NCBI GenBank assembly: GCA_015521175.1
Contig: WAOR01000009.1
Coordinates: 4,764-68,763, forward strand
From: Thermodiscus sp.
Lineage (GTDB): Archaea; Thermoproteota; Thermoprotei_A; Sulfolobales; Acidilobaceae
Reading direction: 5' to 3'
DNA: 64,000 nucleotides
The position numbers and the translations under genes were made by a program. Shown in pieces: positions 1-10,304 of this stretch (within the stretch, counting starts at the first letter, position 1; each line of letters begins with the position of its first letter). The notes beneath the pieces were generated by a model that had not been told where the DNA came from, did no database searches, and saw only the letters and a program-made list of their open reading frames with translations.

Positions 1-108
1 CTGGCCGCTTTGGAGGCGCTTAAGAAACTCTCAATTTCACAGACGGCCAAGGAGAGGATGAAAGCCTTCCTGGAGAAGAGGCTTCCTAGACCATCATTAG
101 ATCCCTGA
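1..108 (+). CDS. 3' end of probable enoyl-CoA hydratase/crotonase-family protein (partial)
   Basis: Frame 1 reads LAALEALKKLSISQTAKERMKAFLEKRLPRPSLDP*. AFLEKRxP is the typical crotonase C-terminus. Not in the ORF track. Confidence 0.6.
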   Translation: MAALEALKKLSISQTAKERMKAFLEKRLPRPSLDP

Positions 109-1438
109 ATTTCTCAACTATCTCAACGCTCTTCTTCACATCCGCAAATAGCCTCTCGGCCTCTAATACATGCTCTTTCTCAACAGCCCTCTTCTCGGCC
201 CTCCTAGCGATTATCCATGCTGGCTCTAATAGTTGGAGGGCGTATCGTAGGCTTCTCTCAACGCCGACTTTTGTCAGCTCTTCTAGGGCTTCATCGGTTA
301 GGGGTATATCTAGTTCATCGCTCCTTATCATTATGATGTCCTTTATCTCGTCGGGCTTGTAGGGCCTCGTGGGTATTATTAGGAGCCTGTCTAGGAGGTC
401 CCTGGGTATTCCGTGGGGTGACTCGATATCCGTCCCTCTTATCTTCGCGATGCCCCTGTTCGTGGCTAGTATGATGAGTGGGGCGAACTCGCTCTCCATC
501 GCCTTTGTTAGGAAGCCGAAGGCTTCAAGGTCTAGTAGGTGGGCGTCATCTATGAAGAGTACTCCGGGAACTAGCTCCGCCTTTCCCTGGTCGATCATCT
601 CCTTCACGAGCTCATCGGTCTTAGCCCTCACCTCGTCGCTGATCTCCTTCTCGCCTCCGAAGAGGGCGAATAGCCCCGTGAATAGTGCCCTCCTGGCGGC
701 TAGGCTTAGGTCTATGTCGTGGAGGGTGAAGGTCCTCACTATCTCCTTAACCTTTTCAACTGGGCCAGAGGGGATTTCGACTTCCTCCTCGGCTTCTATG
801 TCGTATAGCTTCTTGCCCTTACCCTTGGCACGGCCAAGCTTCCTCACCTCTAGGGTCTCCGCGTCTATGACTATCACGTCGCCCTCACGCACCCTTAGCT
901 GGTAGAGCTGTGCGGCCGCCTCCGGGGGTATCTTGTACTCGGCCGTGTCATCCTTCGTCTCGAGTACTATCCTAGCCCCCGCCAGAGTGGGGTATGGGGC
1001 GAAGGGAGACCGCTTCCTAAGGTACTTGACCGCTTTTACGACGCCCTCGATAACCCTCCTCTTCTCTACTACCCTTACACCTATAGCCCTCCTAATAGCC
1101 TGTAGGAGCACCTCCGTCTTCTTCCTCTCAACACTATAGACCTCGCTGGCGTTCAACGCGACGAAGGGAGTGTCCTTGCCTAGCTCCCTTGCTATCGCTA
1201 TAGCTATCGCCGTCTTACCCGTGCCTGGGGGTCCCGCTAGTAGCACACCCTTACCCGAGAGCCTACCGTCTCGGACAAGCTCAACGATTATTCCAGCTGC
1301 CTCCCTTGCCTCAACCTGGCCTACGAGGCCGCCGCCTACCCGCTTAGCCCTCCCCTTCTCATCCAAGCCAAGACCTGTAATGTGGCTGTGCATACTGGCT
1401 ACCTGGCTCATAGTAGTTGGCCTAATCCTTTCGGCCAA
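86..1438 (-). CDS. tip49: TIP49/RuvB-like AAA+ ATPase (TBP-interacting protein)
   Basis: HSHITGLGLD N-terminal motif, Walker A GPPGTGKT, GVLFIDDAH, ESPHGIPRDLLDRL. Confidence 0.93.
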   Translation of the reverse strand: MAERIRPTTMSQVASMHSHITGLGLDEKGRAKRVGGGLVGQVEAREAAGIIVELVRDGRLSGKGVLLAGPPGTGKTAIAIAIARELGKDTPFVALNASEVYSVERKKTEVLLQAIRRAIGVRVVEKRRVIEGVVKAVKYLRKRSPFAPYPTLAGARIVLETKDDTAEYKIPPEAAAQLYQLRVREGDVIVIDAETLEVRKLGRAKGKGKKLYDIEAEEEVEIPSGPVEKVKEIVRTFTLHDIDLSLAARRALFTGLFALFGGEKEISDEVRAKTDELVKEMIDQGKAELVPGVLFIDDAHLLDLEAFGFLTKAMESEFAPLIILATNRGIAKIRGTDIESPHGIPRDLLDRLLIIPTRPYKPDEIKDIIMIRSDELDIPLTDEALEELTKVGVERSLRYALQLLEPAWIIARRAEKRAVEKEHVLEAERLFADVKKSVEIVEKFRDLMMV

Positions 1439-1489
1439 GCATACTTCACCTCTATGATAACTGGGAACGGCTTTACGAGATTAAAGGCA

Positions 1490-3088
1490 TTATATAGAGA
1501 GGAACCCCTTCTTCCACATCACAAGTAAGATTAACGCTAAGGTGACTACGACACTAACAGGTACCAGCACGCTCTCCGGAACGGGCTCCGGGGGAGGTGT
1601 TAGTGTGTCAGCTAGCTTAACCGCGAGTCCACTACTCAACCCGGAAGCCGTAGTCTCCGGCACTATAGCCCTTTTCTTGGATAACCTTATGATCGGCTTT
1701 ACCATACTCGGAGAAACAGAATGGCCCTGCTCACTGGTGTAGACGTGTATCTTCTCGAGGGTTTTTACTGGGAGCTTCGTGTAGTCGCCCTGGCCGACTA
1801 CTGCTAGGCCTATACTGCCTCCAGGACTGGACCGGGCTAATAGGACCTCCTTAGTGACATCATAGAAGCTTACATTATCTGAGTAGGAGAGTGAAGCCAG
1901 GTATGTACCTCCCAGAGCATCTATCCCGGTGGCTAGTACGATTTCGCCACTGGAGCCGCCGAAGAGTACTGCTCTTTGAAGCGAGTGCGCAGAGTCAAAG
2001 ATTAGTGCTAGGCCGTGGTAGTAATCGGTGGATAAGGGGGTCGTGTAGTTATTATTAGTGCCGCCGCCAGCTATCAGGCTTCCATCACTACCCACGCTTA
2101 AGGCGTCGAGGAACTCGTACGCGTCTGTCGATAACGTGTAGTTCCAGACTACTGACAGGCTGGTGTTAACTGCTATAACGCTTGCCCTAGTCGTCGGGCT
2201 GGAAGGAGAAGGCTTGTCATCCGTCCACGTGTAGGCGGCATATACAAGATTGTTATCGGTAGCAAGAGGTATCCAGTGGTTCGAGGATAGCGTCACGTAT
2301 CCCTGGCTGTTATAGAGGGGATAGTAAGTATAGTCGATTAAGCCTAGGCTTTGATTCAGCTTCATTAAAAGGAAGTAAACAGGATAATCATAACCACTAT
2401 TGTAGTAATAAATCGTGGCCGACACATAGAGAGCTCCGTTAGGCCCGATTACGCAGTCCCATCCTGTGAGGTTGAATCCGCTCGCATAGAACTCGTTACG
2501 AGCCACGAGATTAAGATTCTCGTCGAACTCGAAGACGGTTGCATTAATCTTGGGGCTCCCATTAGGAGAATATTGAAAGCCCACAGCGAAGACGTGGCCT
2601 AAGCCGTCCCTACATACACCTCTTATAACCGTATAACTAGTGTCAGTATCCACATAATACCCCTTTACACTACCGTTCGAGGCGTTAACTGAATATATGA
2701 TTCCATAGACTCCTGCTGAACCGCTTATGTAGCCCGTTATGTAGACATTTCCCCAAGCGTAGAGAGCGTCGACACTAGTAAGATTTCCAGCTCCATAGTA
2801 ATAAGCATAATTATTAATAATGTCACCCTTGTAAGAGACAATTACTAGGGAAGAGTTTGTGGTAGCGTCTCCTGAGTAGCCAGACCCGGTGAATGTTCCA
2901 ACAAAGTATGCATAGTTGGAATCAAATGTTACAGAGTATAAGACATCGAGAGGATAGGTTGTTGAACCTATGGTTACGTTGAGCCTTTCGCTCCACTGCG
3001 GGGTGTATGCTAGATAGGCATAGCTTGCTGGCGCCGCTACGATCGCTGATATTGTTGCCATTAAGAGTGCTATTTTTATATATTTCAA
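1490..3088 (-). CDS. Secreted/surface protein, beta-rich (possible beta-propeller), C-terminal PEPVPE + TM anchor
   Basis: N-terminal signal peptide, Tyr/Ser/Thr/Asn-rich with many N-x-S/T sequons, ends PPPEPVPE-hydrophobic helix-WKK. Confidence 0.75.
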   Translation of the reverse strand: MKYIKIALLMATISAIVAAPASYAYLAYTPQWSERLNVTIGSTTYPLDVLYSVTFDSNYAYFVGTFTGSGYSGDATTNSSLVIVSYKGDIINNYAYYYGAGNLTSVDALYAWGNVYITGYISGSAGVYGIIYSVNASNGSVKGYYVDTDTSYTVIRGVCRDGLGHVFAVGFQYSPNGSPKINATVFEFDENLNLVARNEFYASGFNLTGWDCVIGPNGALYVSATIYYYNSGYDYPVYFLLMKLNQSLGLIDYTYYPLYNSQGYVTLSSNHWIPLATDNNLVYAAYTWTDDKPSPSSPTTRASVIAVNTSLSVVWNYTLSTDAYEFLDALSVGSDGSLIAGGGTNNNYTTPLSTDYYHGLALIFDSAHSLQRAVLFGGSSGEIVLATGIDALGGTYLASLSYSDNVSFYDVTKEVLLARSSPGGSIGLAVVGQGDYTKLPVKTLEKIHVYTSEQGHSVSPSMVKPIIRLSKKRAIVPETTASGLSSGLAVKLADTLTPPPEPVPESVLVPVSVVVTLALILLVMWKKGFLSI

Positions 3089-3312
3089 TTTAGCGCACCC
3101 TGATGGCGTGCTACACTACGTGTCTTTCCCCTTGTACTCTTAACATTCCTGTGGGTTTCAATTCTCCTAATTAGGTTTATAAGGGTTTATACTTGTTTTG
3201 TATTGAGAATCATTATAAACGGAATAGTACATTCTTGGAAATAAGCCCCATAGAGTTCTCACTATTTTTTACATGTAAATTATAGCCTATTAAGACATGT
3301 GCTTAAAAACAA

Positions 3313-4632
3313 GTGGCAGATGTGGGGGTTAAGGCAGGGTTCATGGGTAAGCGCAGAGAAGGCCTTGGAGCCCTCGAGTATTCTCTTCTCATGTTCTCGA
3401 TGACTACGTGTCTGCCACTATTCTTCCTGGGGCCACTGGCATACCGCCTACGTCTATCTCTAGACCAAGCCTTAGTAGCCGCGCTTATTGGGAACGGTGT
3501 TGTAGGTCTCCTAATGGTTCTAAACGGGTTGCCTGGGCTGAGTGAGGGCATCGATTATATCGAGCACTCCAAGAGGGTCTTCAGGGTGCTCTACAAGATA
3601 CCAGTCTTCCTCCGAGGGCTCGTCGGCGGCCTCTGGTATGGTGTAGAAGCGTTCAATGGTGCCTTAGCGCTTGCCCTTATACTACTCTACGGGCTTGGAT
3701 ACCGTGAGGGCTTGCTGGGAGAGGCTCTCACCATTCTCCCAGTGCTATTAGTAGTGTATGTTGCCTCTGCTACACTAGTCTATAGGAAGGGGGTAGCCGC
3801 CGTTGGCAAAGCCGCTAGTATAGCCGGGCCTATACTAATGGCCTACTTCGCCTATCTTGCATGGTCTAATCACGTCGTTGAACTATCTGGACTGGACGGG
3901 ATTCCTCGTGGCGTCTCGTGGACTAGTGCGGCCTTCTTAGGCTACCTGGCAGTGCAGACTAACTGGTGGGCGACAGTTGCTATTAACATGAGTGACCTGT
4001 CTAGAGCCGCTAGAAGCGTTAGAGCGTTGGCAGTGGGTGTGTTAGCGGGGATGGTTGGCGGCCAGTTGCTAGGGACTTATATCGGGTATCTCCTAGCTTT
4101 CAATTCTGGTAGTGCCTTGCCCCATGAGATAATAATCCGGGGGTCCCCCAGCCCCCTGGTACTCGTCATAGGATTACTATTCGCCTTTCTAGCCCCGTGG
4201 ACAACGGACCTCTCCGCGAATATCCCAGCCCTGGAGGGGCTCGTGAGGATAATCACAGGGATAGATAGGGAGAAGGCCGCAGTTATCGCTGGTCTTCTCG
4301 GCTTCATACTAGCCCCCTGGTATGCTATGGGCAGGGCACAGGACATCGTAGGGTATGTTGCAGCCTTCGCAGCCTCGTATGGAGTGCTACTAGGCCCGAT
4401 ACTCGGAGCAATGCTAGCTTGGCTCGTTAACAATCGGACCGGTGGTTCTCCAGCTTTCATGGGACTCCTCGCTGGGATATTAGCGGCTTATGCGTATGGG
4501 TATGCTACGGGCACTATAGTCTCTCTGAGACTTGGCGGCCTCACGGTTCCATTCCCTCCAGGCATAACTATCTATGTGGGCCTCACTGCCGCCCTACTAG
4601 TCCCCCTACTCATTGTAAGAGTGCGAAGGTAG
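3313..4632 (+). CDS. NCS1-family (cytosine/purine/allantoin) permease
   Basis: Multi-TM protein with WATVAINMSDLSR, GGLWYG and LLGPILG motifs. Confidence 0.8.
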   Translation: MADVGVKAGFMGKRREGLGALEYSLLMFSMTTCLPLFFLGPLAYRLRLSLDQALVAALIGNGVVGLLMVLNGLPGLSEGIDYIEHSKRVFRVLYKIPVFLRGLVGGLWYGVEAFNGALALALILLYGLGYREGLLGEALTILPVLLVVYVASATLVYRKGVAAVGKAASIAGPILMAYFAYLAWSNHVVELSGLDGIPRGVSWTSAAFLGYLAVQTNWWATVAINMSDLSRAARSVRALAVGVLAGMVGGQLLGTYIGYLLAFNSGSALPHEIIIRGSPSPLVLVIGLLFAFLAPWTTDLSANIPALEGLVRIITGIDREKAAVIAGLLGFILAPWYAMGRAQDIVGYVAAFAASYGVLLGPILGAMLAWLVNNRTGGSPAFMGLLAGILAAYAYGYATGTIVSLRLGGLTVPFPPGITIYVGLTAALLVPLLIVRVRR

Positions 4633-4702
4633 AGGGTCCCTGGGAGGCTGCACCTACTTTTTCCTTCCCTCTGCCACATTAGTTCTTCTTGAAGGTGTAG
4701 TA

Positions 4703-5389
4703 GTGCCGATGGATGGGCCTATCATTGTGGGGCATAGGGCTAATAGTGGCAGGATTGTTCAATTCTATAAGTTATCAGGGGTCGAGTATGTTGAGATCGA
4801 TGTTAGGAGCGAGAATGGAGAGGTAATGGTTGGTCATGGAAGGCCCGTGATCAACAGAGCCACAATTATCGGCAAGGCCTGGGCGTGGCTGGACTACAAG
4901 CTCTTCTACAGAGACCCCCTCTTGAAGGCTAGGACCTTACCGGAATGGCTTAGGATTATTCAGGAGAAGTTACCACTAAAGGGAGTACTCCTCGACGTCA
5001 AGAATAACGTTGACCCTAGGGCTCTAGCCAGAGAGCTCGAGAAGTCTGGATTCCAGGGGGAGCTCTACGCCTCGACAGAGGATCACAGGCTTATAAGGAG
5101 CCTTAAAGAGTACTTAGACGCAAAAGTATTAGCATCTTACAGTATAATGCCCTATGACATAGTAGAGTGCACCATTATGAGCGGCGCCGACGGGGTTGCC
5201 CTCCGCAAGGACTACTCTACAAGAGAAGTCGTTAAAAGCCTACATAGGGCTGGCTTACTGGTTTTCGCCTGGACGGTGAATACTGTGGAAGAGGCCGTCA
5301 GTGTGTACGGGGCTGGCGTTGACGGGATCATTAGCGATAGGCCGGACAAAGTTAGGAAGGCCCTCGGAGGCGTGCTAGATAAGGGCTAA
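4703..5389 (+). CDS. Glycerophosphodiester phosphodiesterase family
   Basis: IVGHRA, VEIDV, FAWTVN, GVDGIISDRP. Confidence 0.88.
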   Translation: MPMDGPIIVGHRANSGRIVQFYKLSGVEYVEIDVRSENGEVMVGHGRPVINRATIIGKAWAWLDYKLFYRDPLLKARTLPEWLRIIQEKLPLKGVLLDVKNNVDPRALARELEKSGFQGELYASTEDHRLIRSLKEYLDAKVLASYSIMPYDIVECTIMSGADGVALRKDYSTREVVKSLHRAGLLVFAWTVNTVEEAVSVYGAGVDGIISDRPDKVRKALGGVLDKG

Positions 5390-6472
5390 GTTCTCCTCTG
5401 TCTTGGGGTGAAAGAGCATTATCTTATCTCTAGGTATGCGTAGGTAGACTTTGTCCCCGATCCTTACCGTCTCGGAGGGGGGAGCCGTTACCTTTACCAG
5501 TTCACCGTTGATTCTCAGTGTGATTATGTTTTCTCTACCGAGAGGCTCTATAGTGTATACCTCGCCGTAGAGGTAGACGCCGTCGCCGCTCACCTCTCCA
5601 CGGATCTCCGCGTCTTCGGGCCGGAAGCCTACAAGCACCTCTCGTAGCCTTGCTTCCCTGAGCTTCTTTGCGAGCAAGCCTGTCGGGCAGTATTTGGAGC
5701 CTGGTAGGAGGACACAGGGAGCCTCGCTCTGGTCGACGCTAGCCCGGAATATGTTTGTGGGCGGGTTCCCGATGAAGCTTGCCACGAAAACGTTCCTCGG
5801 GTAACGGTATACCTCGTGGGGCGTGCCCTCCTGCTGTACCCTCCCATTGTGTATTACCACGATCTTGTCGGCCATTGCAAGCGCCTCGCTCTGATCGTGG
5901 GTCACATATATAGTAGTTATTCCGAGATCTCTTTGCAGTCGTTTCAGCTCGCTCCTAATCCTTATCCGCAGTATGGCGTCAATGTTGCTGAGTGGCTCGT
6001 CGAGGAGTAGGACTGCTGGCTCCTTGACGAGGGCCCTGGCTAGTGCTACTCTCTGCTGTTGTCCACCGCTTAGCTGGGCCGGGTACCTGTCTAGGAGGTG
6101 GTCTATGTTTAACATGCGCGCTATCCGCTTTACCCTCTCTTCAATGTAGGATTTGGGCTTCTTAGCAAGCCTTAGGGGGAAGGCGATGTTATCGAACACT
6201 TTCATGTGAGGGTAGAGGGCGTAGTTCTGGAAGACTAGGCCTATGTTCCTCTCGTTGGGCTTGAGCTTTGTGACGTCTCTCTCGTCGAAGAGTATCTTTC
6301 CCCTGGTTGGCTTGTAGATTCCCGCTATGAGGTATAGTAGCGTGGTCTTACCGCTCCCGCTAGGGCCTAATAGCGCTGTGAACTTGCCGTCGGGGATCTC
6401 GAGGCTCACGTTGTCAACTGCTACCACGCTCCCGAACTTCTTGGTTACATTGACTAGCGTCACCGTGACCAC
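5375..6472 (-). CDS. Carbohydrate ABC transporter ATPase (MalK/UgpC type)
   Basis: GPSGSGKT, FQNYALYPH, LSGGQQQR, C-terminal TOBE domain. Start moved to GTG 6472 behind a GGTGA RBS. Confidence 0.93.
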   Translation of the reverse strand: MVTVTLVNVTKKFGSVVAVDNVSLEIPDGKFTALLGPSGSGKTTLLYLIAGIYKPTRGKILFDERDVTKLKPNERNIGLVFQNYALYPHMKVFDNIAFPLRLAKKPKSYIEERVKRIARMLNIDHLLDRYPAQLSGGQQQRVALARALVKEPAVLLLDEPLSNIDAILRIRIRSELKRLQRDLGITTIYVTHDQSEALAMADKIVVIHNGRVQQEGTPHEVYRYPRNVFVASFIGNPPTNIFRASVDQSEAPCVLLPGSKYCPTGLLAKKLREARLREVLVGFRPEDAEIRGEVSGDGVYLYGEVYTIEPLGRENIITLRINGELVKVTAPPSETVRIGDKVYLRIPRDKIMLFHPKTEENLALI

Positions 6473-6479
6473 TACACTA

Positions 6480-7391
6480 TCACCCCTTGACCCCTCCACT
6501 CATAGTTTCCATTAGGAGTCTTTGAGTGAACACGAAGAATAGGATCGTGGGGAGCAGATAGAGGGTTCCGGCAGCCGCTAGTATTGGGAGGTAGCTTGAC
6601 TCGAGGCTTCCCCCGGCTAGCTGACCCTCTATGAAGGTGGCCAGCGTCTTGGCCTGCGGTGGGAGGAAGACCATGACGTAGATCAGGTCCTCCCAGCCAG
6701 CTAGGAAGGCGAAGATCGCCACTGCGGCTATGCCGGGCTTCACCAGGGGTAGCATGGCGTGGCGGAGAGCTGTCCACCTGCTCCCACCGTCCACTATGAC
6801 CGCCCACTCCAGCTCCCAGGGGACCCTGTCGAAGAACCCTTTCAGTATCCAGATGCTCATGGGTAGCTCTAGGCTTGCACGGGCGAATATGACGAATACG
6901 AAGCTGTAGAGTAGCCTGTGCTGGAGTGAGACGTACTTCACGAGCGTGTAGTAGTAGAGAGTGTAGACCCCTACTATTAGGGCCACACCTGGGAATGCGT
7001 GGAGTAGGAGGAGTAGCTTGAGGGCCCCCATCCTCCACCTATACTTCATCCTCGAATACGCATAGGCGCTGGTAATGCTCCCAGCCAGCACCACTAGCGC
7101 TACCCCGGCAGCTACTATAATGGTATTCCCTATCATCCACAGGATCTGGCTCGTAGTGTAGATTCTAGCCCTCGTCGTGCTCAGCTCCCCGCGGAAGAAA
7201 GCGATCCAGTTATCGATAGTAAAGTGGAAGTGGACCCATGGATTGGAGACTATCGTGTCGGCGAAACTTGTGAGGATGAGGGTCGTGTAGGCCAGTATTA
7301 GAGGTATGCTTGCGAGTAAGAGGAGGCTAACTATGAGGACAGCCTCCATTCCAGTAGCTAATGGCTCCTCAAGCTCCGTCCGGGCCATCAC
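6480..7391 (-). CDS. Carbohydrate ABC transporter permease (MalG-like)
   Basis: About 6 TM helices, EAA-like loop ELEWAVIVDGGS. Confidence 0.9.
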   Translation of the reverse strand: MMARTELEEPLATGMEAVLIVSLLLLASIPLILAYTTLILTSFADTIVSNPWVHFHFTIDNWIAFFRGELSTTRARIYTTSQILWMIGNTIIVAAGVALVVLAGSITSAYAYSRMKYRWRMGALKLLLLLHAFPGVALIVGVYTLYYYTLVKYVSLQHRLLYSFVFVIFARASLELPMSIWILKGFFDRVPWELEWAVIVDGGSRWTALRHAMLPLVKPGIAAVAIFAFLAGWEDLIYVMVFLPPQAKTLATFIEGQLAGGSLESSYLPILAAAGTLYLLPTILFFVFTQRLLMETMSGGVKG

Positions 7392-8332
7392 AGGTCACCC
7401 TTGGGCTCCGGGGTGGTCTGGGAGAACCTCATGATGCGGAGGGTCACGAGGCCGAGTAGGACGCCTATGATTACGAGGACTACTGCGGCCGCGGCCGCCA
7501 GGCCCTGGTTTTTAACGTCGCCGAAGGCCTCGTTGAACACGAATAATGCCCAGGTAGTGCCGTGCCACTTATCCACTATCCTCCAGTCTACCAGTACGAA
7601 GAGGTGGGTGTAGCTGGTCACGAGGCTTAGTAGCTGCCATACCGTCACGAATACTAGGTGCCACCGTGTCATCGGCACTAATATGTGACGGATTATCTGC
7701 CAGGTAGAGGCGCCGTCGACCTTCGCCGCAGTGATCAGCTCCGGCGGTATGCTCTTGAAGGCACTATAGAATATTATCATGCCATAGCTTACCCCGACTA
7801 GGCCATTCACGAATACTATGATAGCCCACGCGCTCCAGGGCAGTAGGCGCGGGTCTGTGCCCCAGAAGTATGGCTTATCTATGAGGCCTAGGTGTAGTAG
7901 GAACGCGTTGAGGGTCCCCTGAGGGCTACCGTAGAAGAAGTAGTACCAGATGAGCCCGAATACTGCTAGGGGGGTCATCCTGGGGAGCAGCCATAGTAGG
8001 CGGAAGGTGAGGCTTACTTTTTCCTCTATTATATAGGTGGCTATTGCCAGTAGTAGTCCTCCTAGCACGTTTACTATCAGGGTGAACACTACGAATACGA
8101 CTGTGGTCTTTAACACGAGTATTCCGTCGGGATCATGGGTTATGAAGTAGAAGAGGTCCCTGTAGTTTTCGAGGCCTATGTACTTTGAGAGGAGCGTGAT
8201 CCTCCAGTTCCTTAGGGGGGTGAAGCTTACCCAGGTCGTGATCACTAGTGGGATAATGTAGAAGACTATTATGAGTAGTAGGGCTGGTAGTAGAAAAAAC
8301 AGGGGGTTGTTGAGGGTTCTGGAGGCCCTCAA
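7388..8332 (-). CDS. Carbohydrate ABC transporter permease (MalF-like)
   Basis: IGLENY, SIPPELITAAKVDGAS EAA loop. Confidence 0.9.
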   Translation of the reverse strand: MRASRTLNNPLFFLLPALLLIIVFYIIPLVITTWVSFTPLRNWRITLLSKYIGLENYRDLFYFITHDPDGILVLKTTVVFVVFTLIVNVLGGLLLAIATYIIEEKVSLTFRLLWLLPRMTPLAVFGLIWYYFFYGSPQGTLNAFLLHLGLIDKPYFWGTDPRLLPWSAWAIIVFVNGLVGVSYGMIIFYSAFKSIPPELITAAKVDGASTWQIIRHILVPMTRWHLVFVTVWQLLSLVTSYTHLFVLVDWRIVDKWHGTTWALFVFNEAFGDVKNQGLAAAAAVVLVIIGVLLGLVTLRIMRFSQTTPEPKGDL

Positions 8333-8336
8333 CTTC

Positions 8337-10175
8337 TTATTGCCCCTTGCCCCTTACCGCTAGCCACGCTGCTATTATGATTATTATTAGTACTATTGTG
8401 CCTATGATTAAGCCGGTGTGGCCTCCTCCCTTCTTACCGGTAGTGGTCTGGGCCTGTGCTGGGCTCGTCGTTGCGGTTCCCTGTGTCCCGGCGGCTGGGC
8501 TGGTGGTTGTCGTTGCTTGTGGTACTAGGCTCCAGTGGGCTGGTATCTCGCCTATGATCTCAGTGTTGTCTTTGAGGTCTGGGTCCGCCTTCACCTTCTG
8601 TACTACGTAGTTGACTGCGTCTGCCGGCTTCATCTCGCCTTTGAGTACTTTGTCTAGGGCGTCCTTGAATATGTCGGCTAGCTTGTTGTAGTATGGGTGA
8701 CTTGGTGCTAGGTGCGTGTAGTCTAGCATGTAGCTGACGTTTGCGAGGAACTCTATGTTGATCGGGTTGGCGGTCTTCTTGACGATGGGGGCTATTGCGT
8801 CTATTACCTGCTGGCTGAAGGGTAGTTTTAGGTTTACTAGGTTGTTTATGAAGGTCTTGTTCTTGAGAAGTGCTGAAGCCTGCTTCCTCACGGGCACGTG
8901 GGCGCTGATTATGCTGTGCACAGCGTTTATTACTGGGTCGCTCGCCGCTACGACTATTAGGAAGGCTAGCTCCTCGTAGGCCTTCTTATAGGCTGGGTCA
9001 TTGTAGTGTGGGTTGTCCTTGCCCGTGTTTGCAGCTATCATCCACATGAAGGGCTGGCTTAGGGTGACTGGCTTGTCACCCTTCTCTCCCGCTGGGAAGA
9101 GCGTGTAGTAGAACTTCTCCTTGACCTCCTCTGGGGTTAGCGGCCTCTTCTGATGTGTATGCGGGTCTAGGTAGTAGTCCTTGGTCTGCCACTCCGTCCA
9201 GTACCATGTGCCCCCGATGTCGAATAGCGTGTTACCTGTGCCCCCCTTAGCCTTGCTCTCCCCGACTATTGTTGGGTGTATTTGGGTGGCCCAGTCCCAG
9301 TCGAGAATGTTCCTTGGCAGTAGGCCTGCGTCGGCGAAGGCCGCCTCGGTGGCGAACCACTTGTAGATAGCCGTCTTGTCAACTACTAGCTTGCCCGTCT
9401 TGTTGTCGTAGAGCTTGCCTCCATAGGCGAAGATGAACTGGATGAGGTCTGGGTGAGCGCTACCCCTCCTGTGTATGAGGCCCCAGTCGGCGCATCCCTT
9501 CTCCTTTGCCTCCTTTGCCTTTAGGAAGACGTCAGCCCAGGTGAACTCGCCCTTCTTAACCTTCTCGGCAAGACCGGTTAGGTCCCAACCCATGCACTTA
9601 GCCACGTCCTTCCTAATGTATAGGGGCCTGGCCTCGGTGTCCTGGGGTATGCCGTAGTACTTGCCCTTGTATTGGGCTGCCTTCATCAGGGGAGCGTAGA
9701 AGTCGCTGAACACGCTGTTCCAGTACTTTTGAACCCACTCCGTGATATCTAGGAGCCTCCCGTCAGCCGCTAGTGTTGCTATGTAGATGTAGCTATTCAC
9801 GAAGAAGTCCCCGTTCTGCCCTAAATCATACTGGGTCACGAAGTTATCGAACTGCTTCTTGAAGTCGCTCTCCCAGTAGGTGTCAACGGTTATCTTAACG
9901 TTTATCCCATTATCAGCCCATACCTTGTTTATCCTATTAGCGGCCTCCACTATGCCATACATCCTCATAACACTGTTCGGGTCCCCAGCAGCCTGCACGC
10001 TGAAGTGTATCTTCGTCACACCATGAGCCTGGAACCACTTGCCCAGAGCGATAACGTCTTGCTGCCAGTTACCGGTTAGCTCTGGAGGCTGCTCCTGTGC
10101 ACGGGCTAGTGGAACGGCCAGTGGAGCGGCGATAAGTGCCGCTACGAGTAGTAGTGCTAGGATTTTCGCCCTCAC
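8337..10175 (-). CDS. Carbohydrate ABC transporter substrate-binding protein with Thr-rich linker and C-terminal membrane anchor
   Basis: Signal peptide, GKYYGIPQDTEARPLY, T/S/A linker, C-terminal TM; first gene of the ABC operon. Confidence 0.88.
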   Translation of the reverse strand: MRAKILALLLVAALIAAPLAVPLARAQEQPPELTGNWQQDVIALGKWFQAHGVTKIHFSVQAAGDPNSVMRMYGIVEAANRINKVWADNGINVKITVDTYWESDFKKQFDNFVTQYDLGQNGDFFVNSYIYIATLAADGRLLDITEWVQKYWNSVFSDFYAPLMKAAQYKGKYYGIPQDTEARPLYIRKDVAKCMGWDLTGLAEKVKKGEFTWADVFLKAKEAKEKGCADWGLIHRRGSAHPDLIQFIFAYGGKLYDNKTGKLVVDKTAIYKWFATEAAFADAGLLPRNILDWDWATQIHPTIVGESKAKGGTGNTLFDIGGTWYWTEWQTKDYYLDPHTHQKRPLTPEEVKEKFYYTLFPAGEKGDKPVTLSQPFMWMIAANTGKDNPHYNDPAYKKAYEELAFLIVVAASDPVINAVHSIISAHVPVRKQASALLKNKTFINNLVNLKLPFSQQVIDAIAPIVKKTANPINIEFLANVSYMLDYTHLAPSHPYYNKLADIFKDALDKVLKGEMKPADAVNYVVQKVKADPDLKDNTEIIGEIPAHWSLVPQATTTTSPAAGTQGTATTSPAQAQTTTGKKGGGHTGLIIGTIVLIIIIIAAWLAVRGKGQ

Positions 10176-10304
10176 GTATAACCACCCGTGGTATTATGTT
10201 TAGAGTGGGGGCTTTCCTCTTAAAAAGTCTACTATTTGGAGACTAATTAGAATAATATTCGAATTGAATAGTACACGGTTGCCCACTCCATACGGGGGTT
10301 AACG

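Noticed and set aside
8430..8525. Short repeated sequence in the binding-protein gene
   Set aside because: Encodes an ordinary Thr/Ala/Pro linker, not a CRISPR or DNA repeat
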